Assembly (NCBI GenBank): GCA_963798485.1
Contig: CAWCTR010000005.1
Coordinates: 1-64,000, forward strand
Source: an uncultured delta proteobacterium
GTDB taxonomy: Bacteria; Desulfobacterota; Desulfomonilia; UBA1062
DNA length: 64,000 nt
Reading direction: 5' to 3'
Part shown: piece by piece, positions 39,261 through 49,640 of the stretch
How the letters are laid out: each line of letters starts with the position of its first letter
How positions within the stretch are numbered: the stretch's first letter is position 1
Notes under the pieces: model-generated
The model's input: the letters and a program-made list of their open reading frames with translations, nothing else
Databases searched by the model: none
Told to the model about the DNA's origin: nothing
Translations under genes and position numbers: made by a program

Positions 39261-39293
39261 GGCACCATGACATCGTTTTGAAGAGGTGACATC

Positions 39294-41009
39294 ATGAACG
39301 AACCGGTTATCGTAACGAACCACCAGCGTTGCCGCGACTGCTACCGTTGCGTGCACGCATGTGCAGTAAAGGCCATACGGGTCAAGGAAGGCCGGGTTCA
39401 GGTCGTGCCCGGGCTCTGTATCATGTGCGGTTCGTGCGTGCGCACCTGTCCCCAGAAAGCCGTGAACGTCCCGAGCGCCAGACTGGACATCATCAAGGCC
39501 AGGGACGAAGGGCGTAAGATCGTTGCCTCGGTGTCACCCTCTGCGCCGGCCTTCTTTGATATGAGCACCTTTTCCGATCTGGAGAAGGCTCTGAAGGATC
39601 TCGGATTTCATGCCGCTGAAGAAACTGCCGTCGGTTGCAATATTGTTGCACTGGCGCACCGGGAGTACTTTGAGAAAGGCTCAGTCCCCATGCCGGTCAT
39701 CACTTCTACCTGCCCGGTGGCGGTCAACCTCATCGAACAGTATAATCCCGATCTCATACCCCATCTGGCCCCCATCGTTTCTCCCATGATCGCCCATGCA
39801 CGACTCCTGGCAAAGAGATACGGACCCGATGCCTACATTGTTTTTATCGGGCCGTGCCTTTCCAAGAAGAAGGAGATGTACGGTGAATCGATCTCGAACT
39901 TGATCTATGCCGTCATGACCTTCCTGGGACTCCAGGAATGGTTTACGGCAATGGGCATTGAGTGTAAAAGATCAGATGCGATCATGGAACCGTTTCCTGA
40001 AAAGGCGCGGCTGTTCGGCATTGAAGGCGGTCTGCTCGGTACTGCCGATATGAGCACCGATATCCTGGACAATAAAACGATTGTGGCTTCCGGACTGGAT
40101 GCCTGCCAGGATGTCCTGGGCGGGATCAGGACAGGCCAGCTGAATGCGAGTCTCGTGGAGCTCCTGGCCTGTAAGGGCGGGTGTGTGAACGGTCCGGCCA
40201 TGGCAGGCCTTGCGGGTGGAGTCACCTTGTCCCGTCAGAGGATCATCGAGTACTATACCCATAAGCAGCCGGATCTGCGCATACCCAGGGAGGAGTGGCC
40301 GTCTCTCACGCGTACCTACCGGGACAGGAAAGTGGATGTGCCTGAATTCAGCGAGGAGCAGATCCAGGAGGTCCTGCACCGGGTCAATAAATTTACACCC
40401 GAGGATGAGTTGAACTGTGGGGCCTGCGGTTATCCCAGCTGCCGGCAGAAGGCAATCGCATCATTGCGGGGACTGGCCGAGGTGACCATGTGCATTCCGT
40501 ACATGCGCAGCCGTTCGGAATCTCTGCGCCAGGTCGTCATGGACGTCACCCCCAATTCCATTATCATCATCGACAATGATCTCATTATACGCGGAATGTC
40601 TCCTTCAGCGGAAAGGCTGTTCAAATGCAAGCTGTCCGAGCTCGAAGGGAAACATCTTTCCCGTCTTATACCGGTACTTGATGATTTTTATTTGGTCCGG
40701 GACACGGGCCAGCCCATCTATGCCAGGCGCCGCAAGATCAGAGAGAATATTATTGCGGAGCAGACAGTTGTCCGGGTCGAGGGTCAGGCATTGATGGTCG
40801 CTATCCTCCGCGATATTACGGAACGGGAAGGAGAGCGGGAAAAATTCAATGCCATCCGCGAGGAAACCCTGCAACGCACCAAGGAGGTGGTGAGCAAACA
40901 GATGCGCGTGGCCCACGAGATCGCGCATCTCCTGGGTGAGACGACAGCCGAGAGCAAGACCATCTTTTCCCACCTGGCGAAGCTCCTCCAGGAGGATGGT
41001 GACAAGTGA
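39294..41009 (+). CDS. PAS-containing sensory [FeFe]-hydrogenase (group C, HydS/HfsB-like)
   Basis: 2x[4Fe-4S], TSTCP, GPCLSKKKE, ELLACKGGCVNG, LNCGACGYPSC, PAS, KQMRVAHEIAHLLGETTAE. Confidence 0.92.
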   Translation: MNEPVIVTNHQRCRDCYRCVHACAVKAIRVKEGRVQVVPGLCIMCGSCVRTCPQKAVNVPSARLDIIKARDEGRKIVASVSPSAPAFFDMSTFSDLEKALKDLGFHAAEETAVGCNIVALAHREYFEKGSVPMPVITSTCPVAVNLIEQYNPDLIPHLAPIVSPMIAHARLLAKRYGPDAYIVFIGPCLSKKKEMYGESISNLIYAVMTFLGLQEWFTAMGIECKRSDAIMEPFPEKARLFGIEGGLLGTADMSTDILDNKTIVASGLDACQDVLGGIRTGQLNASLVELLACKGGCVNGPAMAGLAGGVTLSRQRIIEYYTHKQPDLRIPREEWPSLTRTYRDRKVDVPEFSEEQIQEVLHRVNKFTPEDELNCGACGYPSCRQKAIASLRGLAEVTMCIPYMRSRSESLRQVVMDVTPNSIIIIDNDLIIRGMSPSAERLFKCKLSELEGKHLSRLIPVLDDFYLVRDTGQPIYARRRKIRENIIAEQTVVRVEGQALMVAILRDITEREGEREKFNAIREETLQRTKEVVSKQMRVAHEIAHLLGETTAESKTIFSHLAKLLQEDGDK

Positions 41010-42187
41010 GGCAGATTGTCGAATTTTCCTGGACGAGCCTGAACAAGGCAGGGGAAGAGCTGTGCGGCGACTCGGTCATTATCAGATCGAAACCCGATTC
41101 TTTGGTGGTCGTGCTCTCCGACGGCCTGGGGAGCGGAGTCAAGGCAAGCATCTTATCGACGCTCACTGCCGAGATCGCCGCCCGGATGTTCGAATCGGGC
41201 GCTTATGTAGAAGATGTCATACAGACCCTGGTGGAAACCCTTCCGGAATGCAGTGTCCGAAAGCTGGCATATGCAACGTTTGCCGTCCTCACGGTCAATA
41301 ACGCACGCGATGCCCATCTCGTGGAGTTCGATTCCCCGCCTCTCATCCTGGTTCGTGACCATTCAATAGTGGATCTTCCCAGGGAAAAGCGGGAGGTAGG
41401 CGACCGGAAAATCCGAGAGGTGCGCTTCGAGCTCAGGGAAAACGATTACATGGTTCTGGTCAGCGACGGCTACGTGCATGCCGGATCGGGCGGGATATAC
41501 CGGCTGGGCTGGGGGTGGGACAATATAGCCTATGCAGTGCAGCGTTTCCTGAATAAAGGGGTCCTCGACACATTCAAGTTGACTCATGCGCTTTCCAACA
41601 CCTGTCTCAAGATCTATGAAGAAAAACCAGGTGATGACGCCACGGTCATCGGCATGAGGGTACGCCCTGCCAAATCCATTAACATCCTTACCGGACCGCC
41701 TGCAGACAAGGAGCTGGATGAATTAGCGGTCGTAAGACTTATGAGTTTGGAAGGGGAAAAGATCATCTGTGGCGGCAGTACTGCCCAGATGGCGGCCCGG
41801 GTCCTGAAGGAAGAGCTTGTTGTGAATTGGATACCACCGGCAAAAAGGAAGAATGATGCACCCAAGCACCGGAAAGGGTCCCCGCCGACAGCCTTCCTGA
41901 AGGGATTGGATCTGGTTACCGAAGGTATCCTCACCCTCGGGCAGGCAGTGGAGCTCCTCCGGGAGACAAAAAGCATCTATGATCTGCCCGATGACGATGA
42001 TGCATCTACTCTGCTGGTACGATCTCTCTTGATGGCAGACGAAATACACATGATAGTCGGTAAGGCGATCAACCCGAACCAGGTCGCCGACATCATCCGC
42101 GGAGAGCCCATGCGCATGGTCTATATCAGGGAGCTGGTGCAGGAGTTGTCCAAGCGTGAGAAATTCGTGGAGATTGAAAAGATCTGA
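41006..42187 (+). CDS. SpoIIE/PP2C-type Ser/Thr phosphatase (HfsC-like)
   Basis: EELCGD, LSDGLGSGVKA, VSDG, PGDDAT. Confidence 0.92.
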   Translation: MRQIVEFSWTSLNKAGEELCGDSVIIRSKPDSLVVVLSDGLGSGVKASILSTLTAEIAARMFESGAYVEDVIQTLVETLPECSVRKLAYATFAVLTVNNARDAHLVEFDSPPLILVRDHSIVDLPREKREVGDRKIREVRFELRENDYMVLVSDGYVHAGSGGIYRLGWGWDNIAYAVQRFLNKGVLDTFKLTHALSNTCLKIYEEKPGDDATVIGMRVRPAKSINILTGPPADKELDELAVVRLMSLEGEKIICGGSTAQMAARVLKEELVVNWIPPAKRKNDAPKHRKGSPPTAFLKGLDLVTEGILTLGQAVELLRETKSIYDLPDDDDASTLLVRSLLMADEIHMIVGKAINPNQVADIIRGEPMRMVYIRELVQELSKREKFVEIEKI

Positions 42188-42202
42188 TCTTCTAGGGAAT
42201 AA

Positions 42203-42751
42203 TTACTCTTCCCGGAGGATCAACTTGGTCAGGTCGGGCCTTCCCCGGGGAAGGGTGATGGTTATTTTCGTGCCGGTGGGGCCGTTTTCCGGATCAGCTT
42301 TTGATTTGACCTCCAGTTTCCCCGAATGCATCTTGACGGAGTTGTAGGCTACCGGAAGACCTAGGCCGGTCCCTTCTCCCACAGGTTTTGTGGTGAAGAA
42401 CGGGGTGAAGAGCTTATCCATGTTTTCTCGAGAGATACCGTGGCCGCTATCCTGAATGGTAATGGTAACCTGGTCTTCATTGCCTTCCATGCCGATGGTC
42501 AGCTCGCCCCCTTCGGGCATGGCCTCAACGGCATTGGTCGCCAGGTTGACCAGGGCCTTGAAGATCCGCTCTTCATCAACCCAGACCGAAGGATCTGCAA
42601 TGTCTTTTGTAAAAGATACGGTAACCGCATCCGGTCTTGAGATGCCTTGAATAGCCTTCTCGAGGAGCCGGACAATATCAACCTCCCTGCGTTTCAACCC
42701 CTGCAGTGCGGTTTTTATGTTCTCTTCATAATCTTTTGGGTTCCAGTCCAT
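42203..42751 (-). CDS. Stand-alone HATPase_c domain (no HisKA)
   Basis: NLATNAVEAM, DSGHGI, FTPFFTTK, GTGLGL. Confidence 0.8.
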   Translation of the reverse strand: MDWNPKDYEENIKTALQGLKRREVDIVRLLEKAIQGISRPDAVTVSFTKDIADPSVWVDEERIFKALVNLATNAVEAMPEGGELTIGMEGNEDQVTITIQDSGHGISRENMDKLFTPFFTTKPVGEGTGLGLPVAYNSVKMHSGKLEVKSKADPENGPTGTKITITLPRGRPDLTKLILREE

Positions 42752-42873
42752 AAGGCCTTCTTAAGGAAGATGATCCGTCATACCTTGCCCGGTAACCATT
42801 AGCACCTTTTCCACCCGGTTATCGATTGGTTTTATGGTGATAAATTGAGGTTCATCCGTCTTATGTATAACTT

Positions 42874-44250
42874 TCAATCCTGGAGATACCGATCGAGCAT
42901 GTGTTTGGGGATGGTTTGGGGGAGATGCTGTTTTCTTGCAAAGGGCCTCCTGTGCTCCATAACCCACTCGATCAACCGCACTGAAGATATTGTCCCGTCC
43001 GATTTCCTGAGCTCTTCGCTTACATCCTTGAGACGTCGGTTCATTCCCGTGTTGTTCCTGATCTTCTCTACTGTGCTCTGAAGGGCCTCATCGCTCAGCG
43101 AGTCCATGTCAAGGCGGCATCCCATCCTGAGAAACTCGATTCTTGATGCATTGTCATGCTGTTCACCACCCACCGGGAGAACAATGACCGGCTTCCCATG
43201 ATAGAGCGTTTCATTCAGGGTGTTGTTACCCCCATGACTGATGACAAGATCCACACGGCTCAGCAGCTCGGCCTGGGGTACGGACTGAAAGAGCATGACA
43301 TTCCTGTTATGGCTCTTCTTGGCTATCGCTTCGTAAGAGCCTCCTGCACTCACGATGATCTGGTAGTCCGGATTCCCCTGCAGGGCCTTGATGATTTTGA
43401 GATAGGTCTTCGGCTTGTCATTGAACACCGTCCCTAAAGAGACATAGATCTTGTACTTGTCATTTCTCAAGCCCTCATAGGGGAAGGAGGATCTGTTCAT
43501 ACCCATGTTCATGAATATGGGCCCTACATAGACCGTGTGGGGCTCGAGTCCGCCACGCGGGATGTCTATGGATTCATGGCTTACGATGAGGTTGAGCCAT
43601 GGGGAATGCGGCGACTTCAGCATGTCATTGGCGACAGGCCTCAGCGAGAAGGTTTGTCTTGCCCTGTTGATCGTCGCCTTGAGCCTGCCGCACAGCTCCT
43701 GCTCCTGTTGCTTGTATGATCTCATCAGCGGTGTATCCTGCGCGGATACCGGGAGACCGCTGCCGAACGGCGGGACGTCTTTCCCTGAAAAGGGGAGCCC
43801 GCAGTGGTAGATTGCAGCATAGGGTAATGCATTTATTTCAGCCACCAAAGGAGCGGCATAGAAAAAGAAATCGGCCACGATCATATCGGGCCGGAATTTT
43901 TGTACAAGCCTGTTTATGCGTCTTGTGTAGCTTTTCAGTCCGGAGCTGAAAAGACGTAGCGCCATTTTGGTCTCTTCAAACCCCTTGGTCGATGGAAGCC
44001 TTGCTGCGAAGTATATGTATGGAAGCGGGGGGAAAAGGAGGCGGATGGGGATGCCATGTGAACGGATCTTCTCCGGGACGACTTTCCCATTATAGAACAC
44101 CTTGAACATCTTGATCCTTGGGTCCGCGAGGTTTGATCCCGGCACGATGAACTGTACATCATGCCCATTCTCCTTGAGCTTCAGGGCAATTGACAGAAGA
44201 CTGTTCAGGTGCCCTATGGTCGGGTGTGTGAGGAAGATGACTCTGCTCAT
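42874..44250 (-). CDS. GT1/MGT-family UDP-glycosyltransferase
   Basis: PTIGHLN, YVSLGTVFN, VPQ.ELL, SHGG.NT..E. Confidence 0.9.
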   Translation of the reverse strand: MSRVIFLTHPTIGHLNSLLSIALKLKENGHDVQFIVPGSNLADPRIKMFKVFYNGKVVPEKIRSHGIPIRLLFPPLPYIYFAARLPSTKGFEETKMALRLFSSGLKSYTRRINRLVQKFRPDMIVADFFFYAAPLVAEINALPYAAIYHCGLPFSGKDVPPFGSGLPVSAQDTPLMRSYKQQEQELCGRLKATINRARQTFSLRPVANDMLKSPHSPWLNLIVSHESIDIPRGGLEPHTVYVGPIFMNMGMNRSSFPYEGLRNDKYKIYVSLGTVFNDKPKTYLKIIKALQGNPDYQIIVSAGGSYEAIAKKSHNRNVMLFQSVPQAELLSRVDLVISHGGNNTLNETLYHGKPVIVLPVGGEQHDNASRIEFLRMGCRLDMDSLSDEALQSTVEKIRNNTGMNRRLKDVSEELRKSDGTISSVRLIEWVMEHRRPFARKQHLPQTIPKHMLDRYLQD

Positions 44251-44589
44251 AGAAGATCAATCATAGACTTTACCGCCGGTTTCTCCCTCCGAAATACCCC
44301 CATATCGGCCATTGCACATATTCCTCCTCACGCTTTCATCCCCACTATTGGTAAAAGTATCTCAAAGAGGTCTTTATTTCTACAATGGTAAAATTATACC
44401 AGACAAGATGCCTTAAATCAAATTCCCGATTTTTTTTATCACACACAGCATCTTAATAAAACCATCCACAGGTATGTCCTGCAAGATGATCCATAATTGA
44501 TCGGACATTGATTTATCGCCCGGAAGAGGAGATACTTGATTTTGGATCATTAATCCAGGCTTTGAATGAAAAATATGACGGGGGTTGCC

Positions 44590-44618
44590 TTGACAAGATA
44601 GTGGGATAAATATAGAAT
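44590..44618 (+). promoter_or_regulatory. sigma70-type promoter upstream of the T6SS operon
   Basis: TTGACA-N17-TAGAAT. Confidence 0.65.
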
Positions 44619-44726
44619 AACGCATCTGTATATTATTGAAATGCGAAGATGAAATTTATAACCGGCATCACAGAAAATACAATTATCTCTCAGGAGTATG
44701 CACCCCTCTTAGCGGAGCTGTAAGTA

Positions 44727-46787
44727 ATGGCTGATCCCTCATTGCTTCACTATCTCACCGGTACAAAGACACCCTTTTCGCTGGAGTTCGTATCGGGCTC
44801 TAGCGGCCTGAATGCAGAAACCGCCCCCCTGCTTCCCTTTGATATCATCAATGATACCTCTGCCCTGACGCGTATCATCAGGGCCAGGGTGGTCAGCGAT
44901 GCGCTTAGCGTCGTGAAGCAGGTGTTTCTCCTGCTCTCCAGGGACGATTATCCCCTTGCCGGGGCCGGCCTAAGTCCCTTGACCAATATCGATATCGAAT
45001 CCGCCTGGCAGGATGTCTTCCGGAATCACCTCAAGGGTGGTTCTCTCATTGCGCTTTCAGCCCAGGGCGATGAGAAAGGCGGCCTTGAACCGTTCAGGTC
45101 GATCTTCTCCTGTACAAGGGTCGGGCAGTTCTTCCACCCTCCCTGCCCCAAGTGCGGCAATGAGCTTGAAATGTGCCGGGATGACAAGCTCCTTGGCAAG
45201 GCAGGCCTTAAGCCCTATTCGACATCGTTGGCGCGTTACCTTGCATGCCCTGTGTGCAGCCTTAAGGAAGGGGATAAGACCTTTTATGCATATGCCCCGG
45301 ATGCCGCAGACCCTGCCCAAGTAAAGGGCACCTCGGAACTCATCATGGGGTTCGGCTTGCTCAAACAAGGTGATCTGCCCTGCATCCGTTGCCCTGAGCA
45401 CACTGCATGTTATCAGGACAGGCATGTCCTTTCCCTTATTACGCCGGTTGCCTTCTATCCCTTCTATCTGCTCATGTTCGAGGCTGCATCGCTCAATGCC
45501 GGCGACTATCTCTTCCTGCTCTCAGGCGCAGCATTTGAAGAGATTGAACAAACCCTGGATTCACGAAGACAATTCGCCCGGAAGGGGCTTGTAAGCCTCC
45601 TTAAGGATCGCTCTCCCTCGCCGTTGCTGTTCAAAGGCGACGAGCGGGAGTTTCTGGAGATCCTCTATTTGAAGCTCTGTTTTCTAGGCGAGGTTGCAAG
45701 GTATGTCGCCTCAGACGAAAGAAGATTTACCTACCCCGGGTTCGGACCCTCCCTTGAGCGGCTGTGGGTGCAGATCCCTGAACAGAGCAGCCTCCTGCCT
45801 GCCTTTTGGACATTCAAGCTCACGCTCATGGATATGGAGCCGGAGATCCCGGGGGTGCTCCCGTCTGCCGGGTCTGACTATGCAACCCATTGCATGGGCA
45901 TGCTCTGGTTCCATGCCCTGCTGAGAAATCGCTCACAGGATATCCGGGCCATCAACGAGGGGATGGCTCTGGTTTTGAAAGAGAAACAGATTCGCAGTGA
46001 TATGCCCGTGTTCGGTCCGGACAATATCTTCTGGGAGCCCAGGCCTGCGCCGGTGAAGTGGAAAGGGCTCTGGGAAAAGGCCCTTGATATAGGCAGGGCC
46101 CTCCTGGTGGATGCCGGGAATACCGGTTTCCGGCTGGATGAGTTATGGCAGGCCTACCATGATCTCACCGATGAGATCAAAAAGGGGCTGTTCCTTGAAG
46201 CCCCGGCAGCACAGGCATACCCGGAGGCAGTCGGAGAGGCCCGTGGAGAGGCCTCTGGAGAAGAAGGGGCCGATGATACGCAGATAGGTCTCATCCTCAG
46301 GCAGATCAAGTCAAAATGGGCTCAAGCAAAGCCCGTTACACCACCGGATGAAAAACCTGAACACGCCGGCATGCCTTTGCAGCCGCAATCCGCCACAACC
46401 CTCGAAGATGGTGAGGCCACGGTCATCATAACACCGGCTAAACCTTCTGTTCAGGAGGAGGCGAAAGACGAATATTCCCAAACCGTGGTCCTGGCGGCTC
46501 AATCTGAACAACAAGGCACTGCGGTTGCACAAGATGAAGACTTCAGCACCGAGACCATCATCGTGCGGCATCCTGACGCTTCAGCTGTTGCCCCTGTCTC
46601 AGCAAAGGAACCTGTTGACCTGGACAAGACTGTTGTTCTGAACCCCACCCCCTCGAAGGTTCTCCCCAAGGCAAAGGAAGGACCTTTGAAAAGGCCTGCT
46701 GCACAGGAACTTGAAGAGACCCTCATCATGGGCGCCCCTGTGCGGGGTGCGCCGGCTGCTGCACAGGAAAACGCCTGTTTCGGCTGA
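44727..46787 (+). CDS. T6SS-linked hypothetical protein with CxxC motifs and a Thr-repeat tail; likely true end 46833
   Basis: CPKC, CPVC, CIRC; a shifted frame after GAAAA (~46770) reads PVSADDALEETVILKPEKK*. Confidence 0.75.
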   Translation: MADPSLLHYLTGTKTPFSLEFVSGSSGLNAETAPLLPFDIINDTSALTRIIRARVVSDALSVVKQVFLLLSRDDYPLAGAGLSPLTNIDIESAWQDVFRNHLKGGSLIALSAQGDEKGGLEPFRSIFSCTRVGQFFHPPCPKCGNELEMCRDDKLLGKAGLKPYSTSLARYLACPVCSLKEGDKTFYAYAPDAADPAQVKGTSELIMGFGLLKQGDLPCIRCPEHTACYQDRHVLSLITPVAFYPFYLLMFEAASLNAGDYLFLLSGAAFEEIEQTLDSRRQFARKGLVSLLKDRSPSPLLFKGDEREFLEILYLKLCFLGEVARYVASDERRFTYPGFGPSLERLWVQIPEQSSLLPAFWTFKLTLMDMEPEIPGVLPSAGSDYATHCMGMLWFHALLRNRSQDIRAINEGMALVLKEKQIRSDMPVFGPDNIFWEPRPAPVKWKGLWEKALDIGRALLVDAGNTGFRLDELWQAYHDLTDEIKKGLFLEAPAAQAYPEAVGEARGEASGEEGADDTQIGLILRQIKSKWAQAKPVTPPDEKPEHAGMPLQPQSATTLEDGEATVIITPAKPSVQEEAKDEYSQTVVLAAQSEQQGTAVAQDEDFSTETIIVRHPDASAVAPVSAKEPVDLDKTVVLNPTPSKVLPKAKEGPLKRPAAQELEETLIMGAPVRGAPAAAQENACFG

Positions 46788-46866
46788 TGATGCCCTGGAA
46801 GAGACCGTAATCCTGAAACCGGAGAAGAAGTGATAAAGGATAGTGGTGGGCGAAAATGAAGATACC

Positions 46867-46890
46867 TGTAGGAGCGGCTTCAGCCGCGAT
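46867..46890 (+). repeat. GTAG-family REP, single copy
   Basis: TGTAGGAGCGGCTTCAGCCGCGAT. Confidence 0.85.
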
Positions 46891-46908
46891 CACTCTGAAG
46901 ATATACCC

Positions 46909-47625
46909 ATGACAAAGACACCACCCATTAAAAGGCTCGCAGACGCCCTCAGGGGTTTTTATATCCAAAGCCCGGACCAGGCACAGGACAAGATCGAGGC
47001 CTTTCTTGCCGAAGAGCTGAAAGGGCTGGCCTTGGGTGAGCGGTTGGATGTCCTTACGCAGCTGGAAAGTATTTTTCCTACTGCAGGTCCGCTCATGCCG
47101 CCAGGCGTGAGCGACGATCTCCTGGACCGTCTCGTACCGCTGCTCCTGGGGAGGGATGTCTCCGGGGACCTGAGCACGCCCGAGCTCTTAAGCAGGCTGG
47201 CGCACTCCCTGAACACCATATTCACCATGCTCAATGAACTCATAGGCCTGATCAACTCAACACTGGGCGGTAACCCGGCAGGCGATGAGACCATCAGGCA
47301 GATCATCGGCACCAGCCTATTGGGGCAAGGTGAAGTTCAATCCATTGAGCAATACCTTGGCCAGATCAAGAAGGCCTTTCTTACTGCCCAGTCCTCATCC
47401 AAGGAGGCCGCGCGCACCATGGGGGCCTATATCATGAGCGAACTCGATCCCAAGGGCATGGAGGGTTCGGGAGGCGGCTTCAAGCTCGGGCCTTTGAAAA
47501 AGGCCGAGTCCTTTGACATCTTTGAAGAGAAGTACAAACGGGTGAAAAAATGGTATGAATCGGAACGTTTCCTGCTGGACTTTCTCAGGCAGTTCGAGAA
47601 GAATTGCCGGAAATCATTTACATGA
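46909..47625 (+). CDS. Hypothetical, resembles the TagH/Fha C-terminal domain
   Basis: ELDP...KKAESFDIFEEKY...F...FEK pattern; directly upstream of tssJ. Confidence 0.55.
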   Translation: MTKTPPIKRLADALRGFYIQSPDQAQDKIEAFLAEELKGLALGERLDVLTQLESIFPTAGPLMPPGVSDDLLDRLVPLLLGRDVSGDLSTPELLSRLAHSLNTIFTMLNELIGLINSTLGGNPAGDETIRQIIGTSLLGQGEVQSIEQYLGQIKKAFLTAQSSSKEAARTMGAYIMSELDPKGMEGSGGGFKLGPLKKAESFDIFEEKYKRVKKWYESERFLLDFLRQFEKNCRKSFT

Positions 47626-47639
47626 ACAGGGGGTGGAAA

Positions 47640-48239
47640 ATGGTAAGGGCTGTTTTAGCGTGTTTCCTCCTTGCTCCCTTCATATTCTCATGCGCGTCCG
47701 CTCCTGTGGAGCCGGTGAAGTGGGGTTACGAGAAGGATGCCATAGAGCTTCACCTCAAGGCCGACAAGCAGCTTAATTATAAGGACAAGAAGGCCCATGC
47801 GCTGGTGATCTGCGTCTATCAGCTCATAAGCCCGAATGCCTTCGACCAGCTCTCCGGAAGCCGGAATGGTCTCTCCAGCCTGCTCGAATGCTCTGTCTTT
47901 GATCCGGCCGGAGTGGCGGTAAGCAAACAGATATTCGTGTCCCCGGGCAAGGACATGGATATAAAGCTGGACAGGGCGGAAGGGGCGAAATATGTGGCCC
48001 TGGTTGCAGGATACTATGCTATTGATAAGGACAAGATCACCAGGCTCTACCAGATACCGGAAGTTACGGAAAGATCGGGATTTCTCTGGTTGAACAAGAC
48101 CACCAGGCCTGACAAGCTCTTAATCAGCCTTATCCTGGGATCCAAACAGATCCAGGATCCTCCTCCGGTTCAGGAAACGAAGTCCCAAAAGGAAACCGAG
48201 AAGGCTCAGGATAAAGATCCCACCAGTCCATCTATCTAA
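47640..48239 (+). CDS. tssJ: T6SS lipoprotein
   Basis: Lipobox FSC; ADKQLN, VYQL, YVALVAGY. Confidence 0.9.
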   Translation: MVRAVLACFLLAPFIFSCASAPVEPVKWGYEKDAIELHLKADKQLNYKDKKAHALVICVYQLISPNAFDQLSGSRNGLSSLLECSVFDPAGVAVSKQIFVSPGKDMDIKLDRAEGAKYVALVAGYYAIDKDKITRLYQIPEVTERSGFLWLNKTTRPDKLLISLILGSKQIQDPPPVQETKSQKETEKAQDKDPTSPSI

Positions 48240-48254
48240 AAGAAGGGATATATA

Positions 48255-49637
48255 ATGGAAAGACCTCTCTTGTGGCATCAGGGGCTGTTTCTTCAGCCTC
48301 AGCATTTCCAGTTATCCGATCTCTATCATGCCTCGCTCCTGGCCCCCTTGCAGAAATATATCATCCCCCACCTCTGGGGTGTGGCAAGGCTCGAGATCAG
48401 GCAGGCAGCGCTGGGGACCGGGAGCTTCCAGCTCGACATGGGCGAATTCGTCTTCCCGGACATGACCTATGCAGTCATCCCTGACAATGCATCGGTGGAG
48501 CCGCGCAGGTTTGAAAGCGACTGGGTCGATGGGGGCAAGCCGTTCACCGTCTACCTCGGCATACGTAGGTTCAACCCCATGGGTGAGAATGTTACGACAC
48601 TCACGGGCAATGAACACATGACCGGGGTAAATACGCGTTTCATCTCTCCTGCCGCTACAGAGGAGGCGCGGGATCTTCATGAGAACGGGCCCTCCGCTCA
48701 GGTCAGGAGGCTGAAATATTCACTGAAGCTCCTCTGGGAGACGGAAGTAGACTTTTTCGGCGATTTCGAGACTATCCCCATTGCCCAACTCGAAAGACAG
48801 GGTGAGGCGGTTGTGTTGTCGAGCAGTTTCATCCCTCCGAGTTTGAGTATGAATGCCTCGGCAACCCTGGAAAAGGTCCTTAAGGAGATTCGTGACCAAA
48901 TCGCCTCGCGCGGATACCAGCTCGAGGGGTATAAGCGCGACCGGGGTATCCATACCGCTGAGTTCGGGAGCCGCGACATGGTCTATCTCCTGGCGCTGCG
49001 TTCACTCAACCGTTATATCCCCCAGCTCTTCCACATAACCGAATCCTTAAGCCATCCCTGGACGGTGTACGGCCTGCTCAGGCAGCTCATCGGAGAGCTT
49101 TCCAGCTTTTCCGAACAGTATACGGTATCGGGTGACGCCGCTGACGGCTCAAGCGAACTCCCCAAGTACTATCACCTGAACCTCTGGCAATGCTTCTCCC
49201 GGGCCCAGAGCGTGATTACGGCCCTCTTAGACGAGATCACTGCAGGACCGGAATATGTGTTCTCGCTGGTCTATGACGGCACATACTATTCATCAGAGCT
49301 GCCGCCTGCAATTTTCGAGGGCAGGAATCGATTCTTCCTGGTGGTCCAGACCGAGGCAGACGCAAAGGTCGTCCTGAACGCGCTGGCTACAGGGGCGAAA
49401 TTGAGCTCCCGCGAGAACCTGCCCATTCTTATTGTCCGCGCGCTCCCCGGAGCGGGCATAGAACACCTTGACAGGCCGCCCCAGGAATTGCCGAGGCGCG
49501 CAAATGCTCTGTATTTCCAGATCGACCATAACTGCGATCAATTCTCAAGCATCGTCAAGGGCCGCAACATCACCCTGTTCTGGGAATCGGCCCCTGAAGA
49601 CCTCAAAATAGAGCTCATGGTGGTGGGAAGGGGGTAG
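48255..49637 (+). CDS. tssK: T6SS baseplate TssK
   Basis: WHQGLFLQPQHFQ; ALPG...PPQELP. Confidence 0.95.
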   Translation: MERPLLWHQGLFLQPQHFQLSDLYHASLLAPLQKYIIPHLWGVARLEIRQAALGTGSFQLDMGEFVFPDMTYAVIPDNASVEPRRFESDWVDGGKPFTVYLGIRRFNPMGENVTTLTGNEHMTGVNTRFISPAATEEARDLHENGPSAQVRRLKYSLKLLWETEVDFFGDFETIPIAQLERQGEAVVLSSSFIPPSLSMNASATLEKVLKEIRDQIASRGYQLEGYKRDRGIHTAEFGSRDMVYLLALRSLNRYIPQLFHITESLSHPWTVYGLLRQLIGELSSFSEQYTVSGDAADGSSELPKYYHLNLWQCFSRAQSVITALLDEITAGPEYVFSLVYDGTYYSSELPPAIFEGRNRFFLVVQTEADAKVVLNALATGAKLSSRENLPILIVRALPGAGIEHLDRPPQELPRRANALYFQIDHNCDQFSSIVKGRNITLFWESAPEDLKIELMVVGRG

Positions 49638-49640
49638 GTT

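Noticed and set aside
44413-44625. 70-aa ORF
   Set aside because: Overlaps the AT-rich promoter region; no motif.
46760-46790. Programmed frameshift
   Set aside because: Short A-run with no stimulatory structure; sequencing indel or mutation is more likely, as at ~125.
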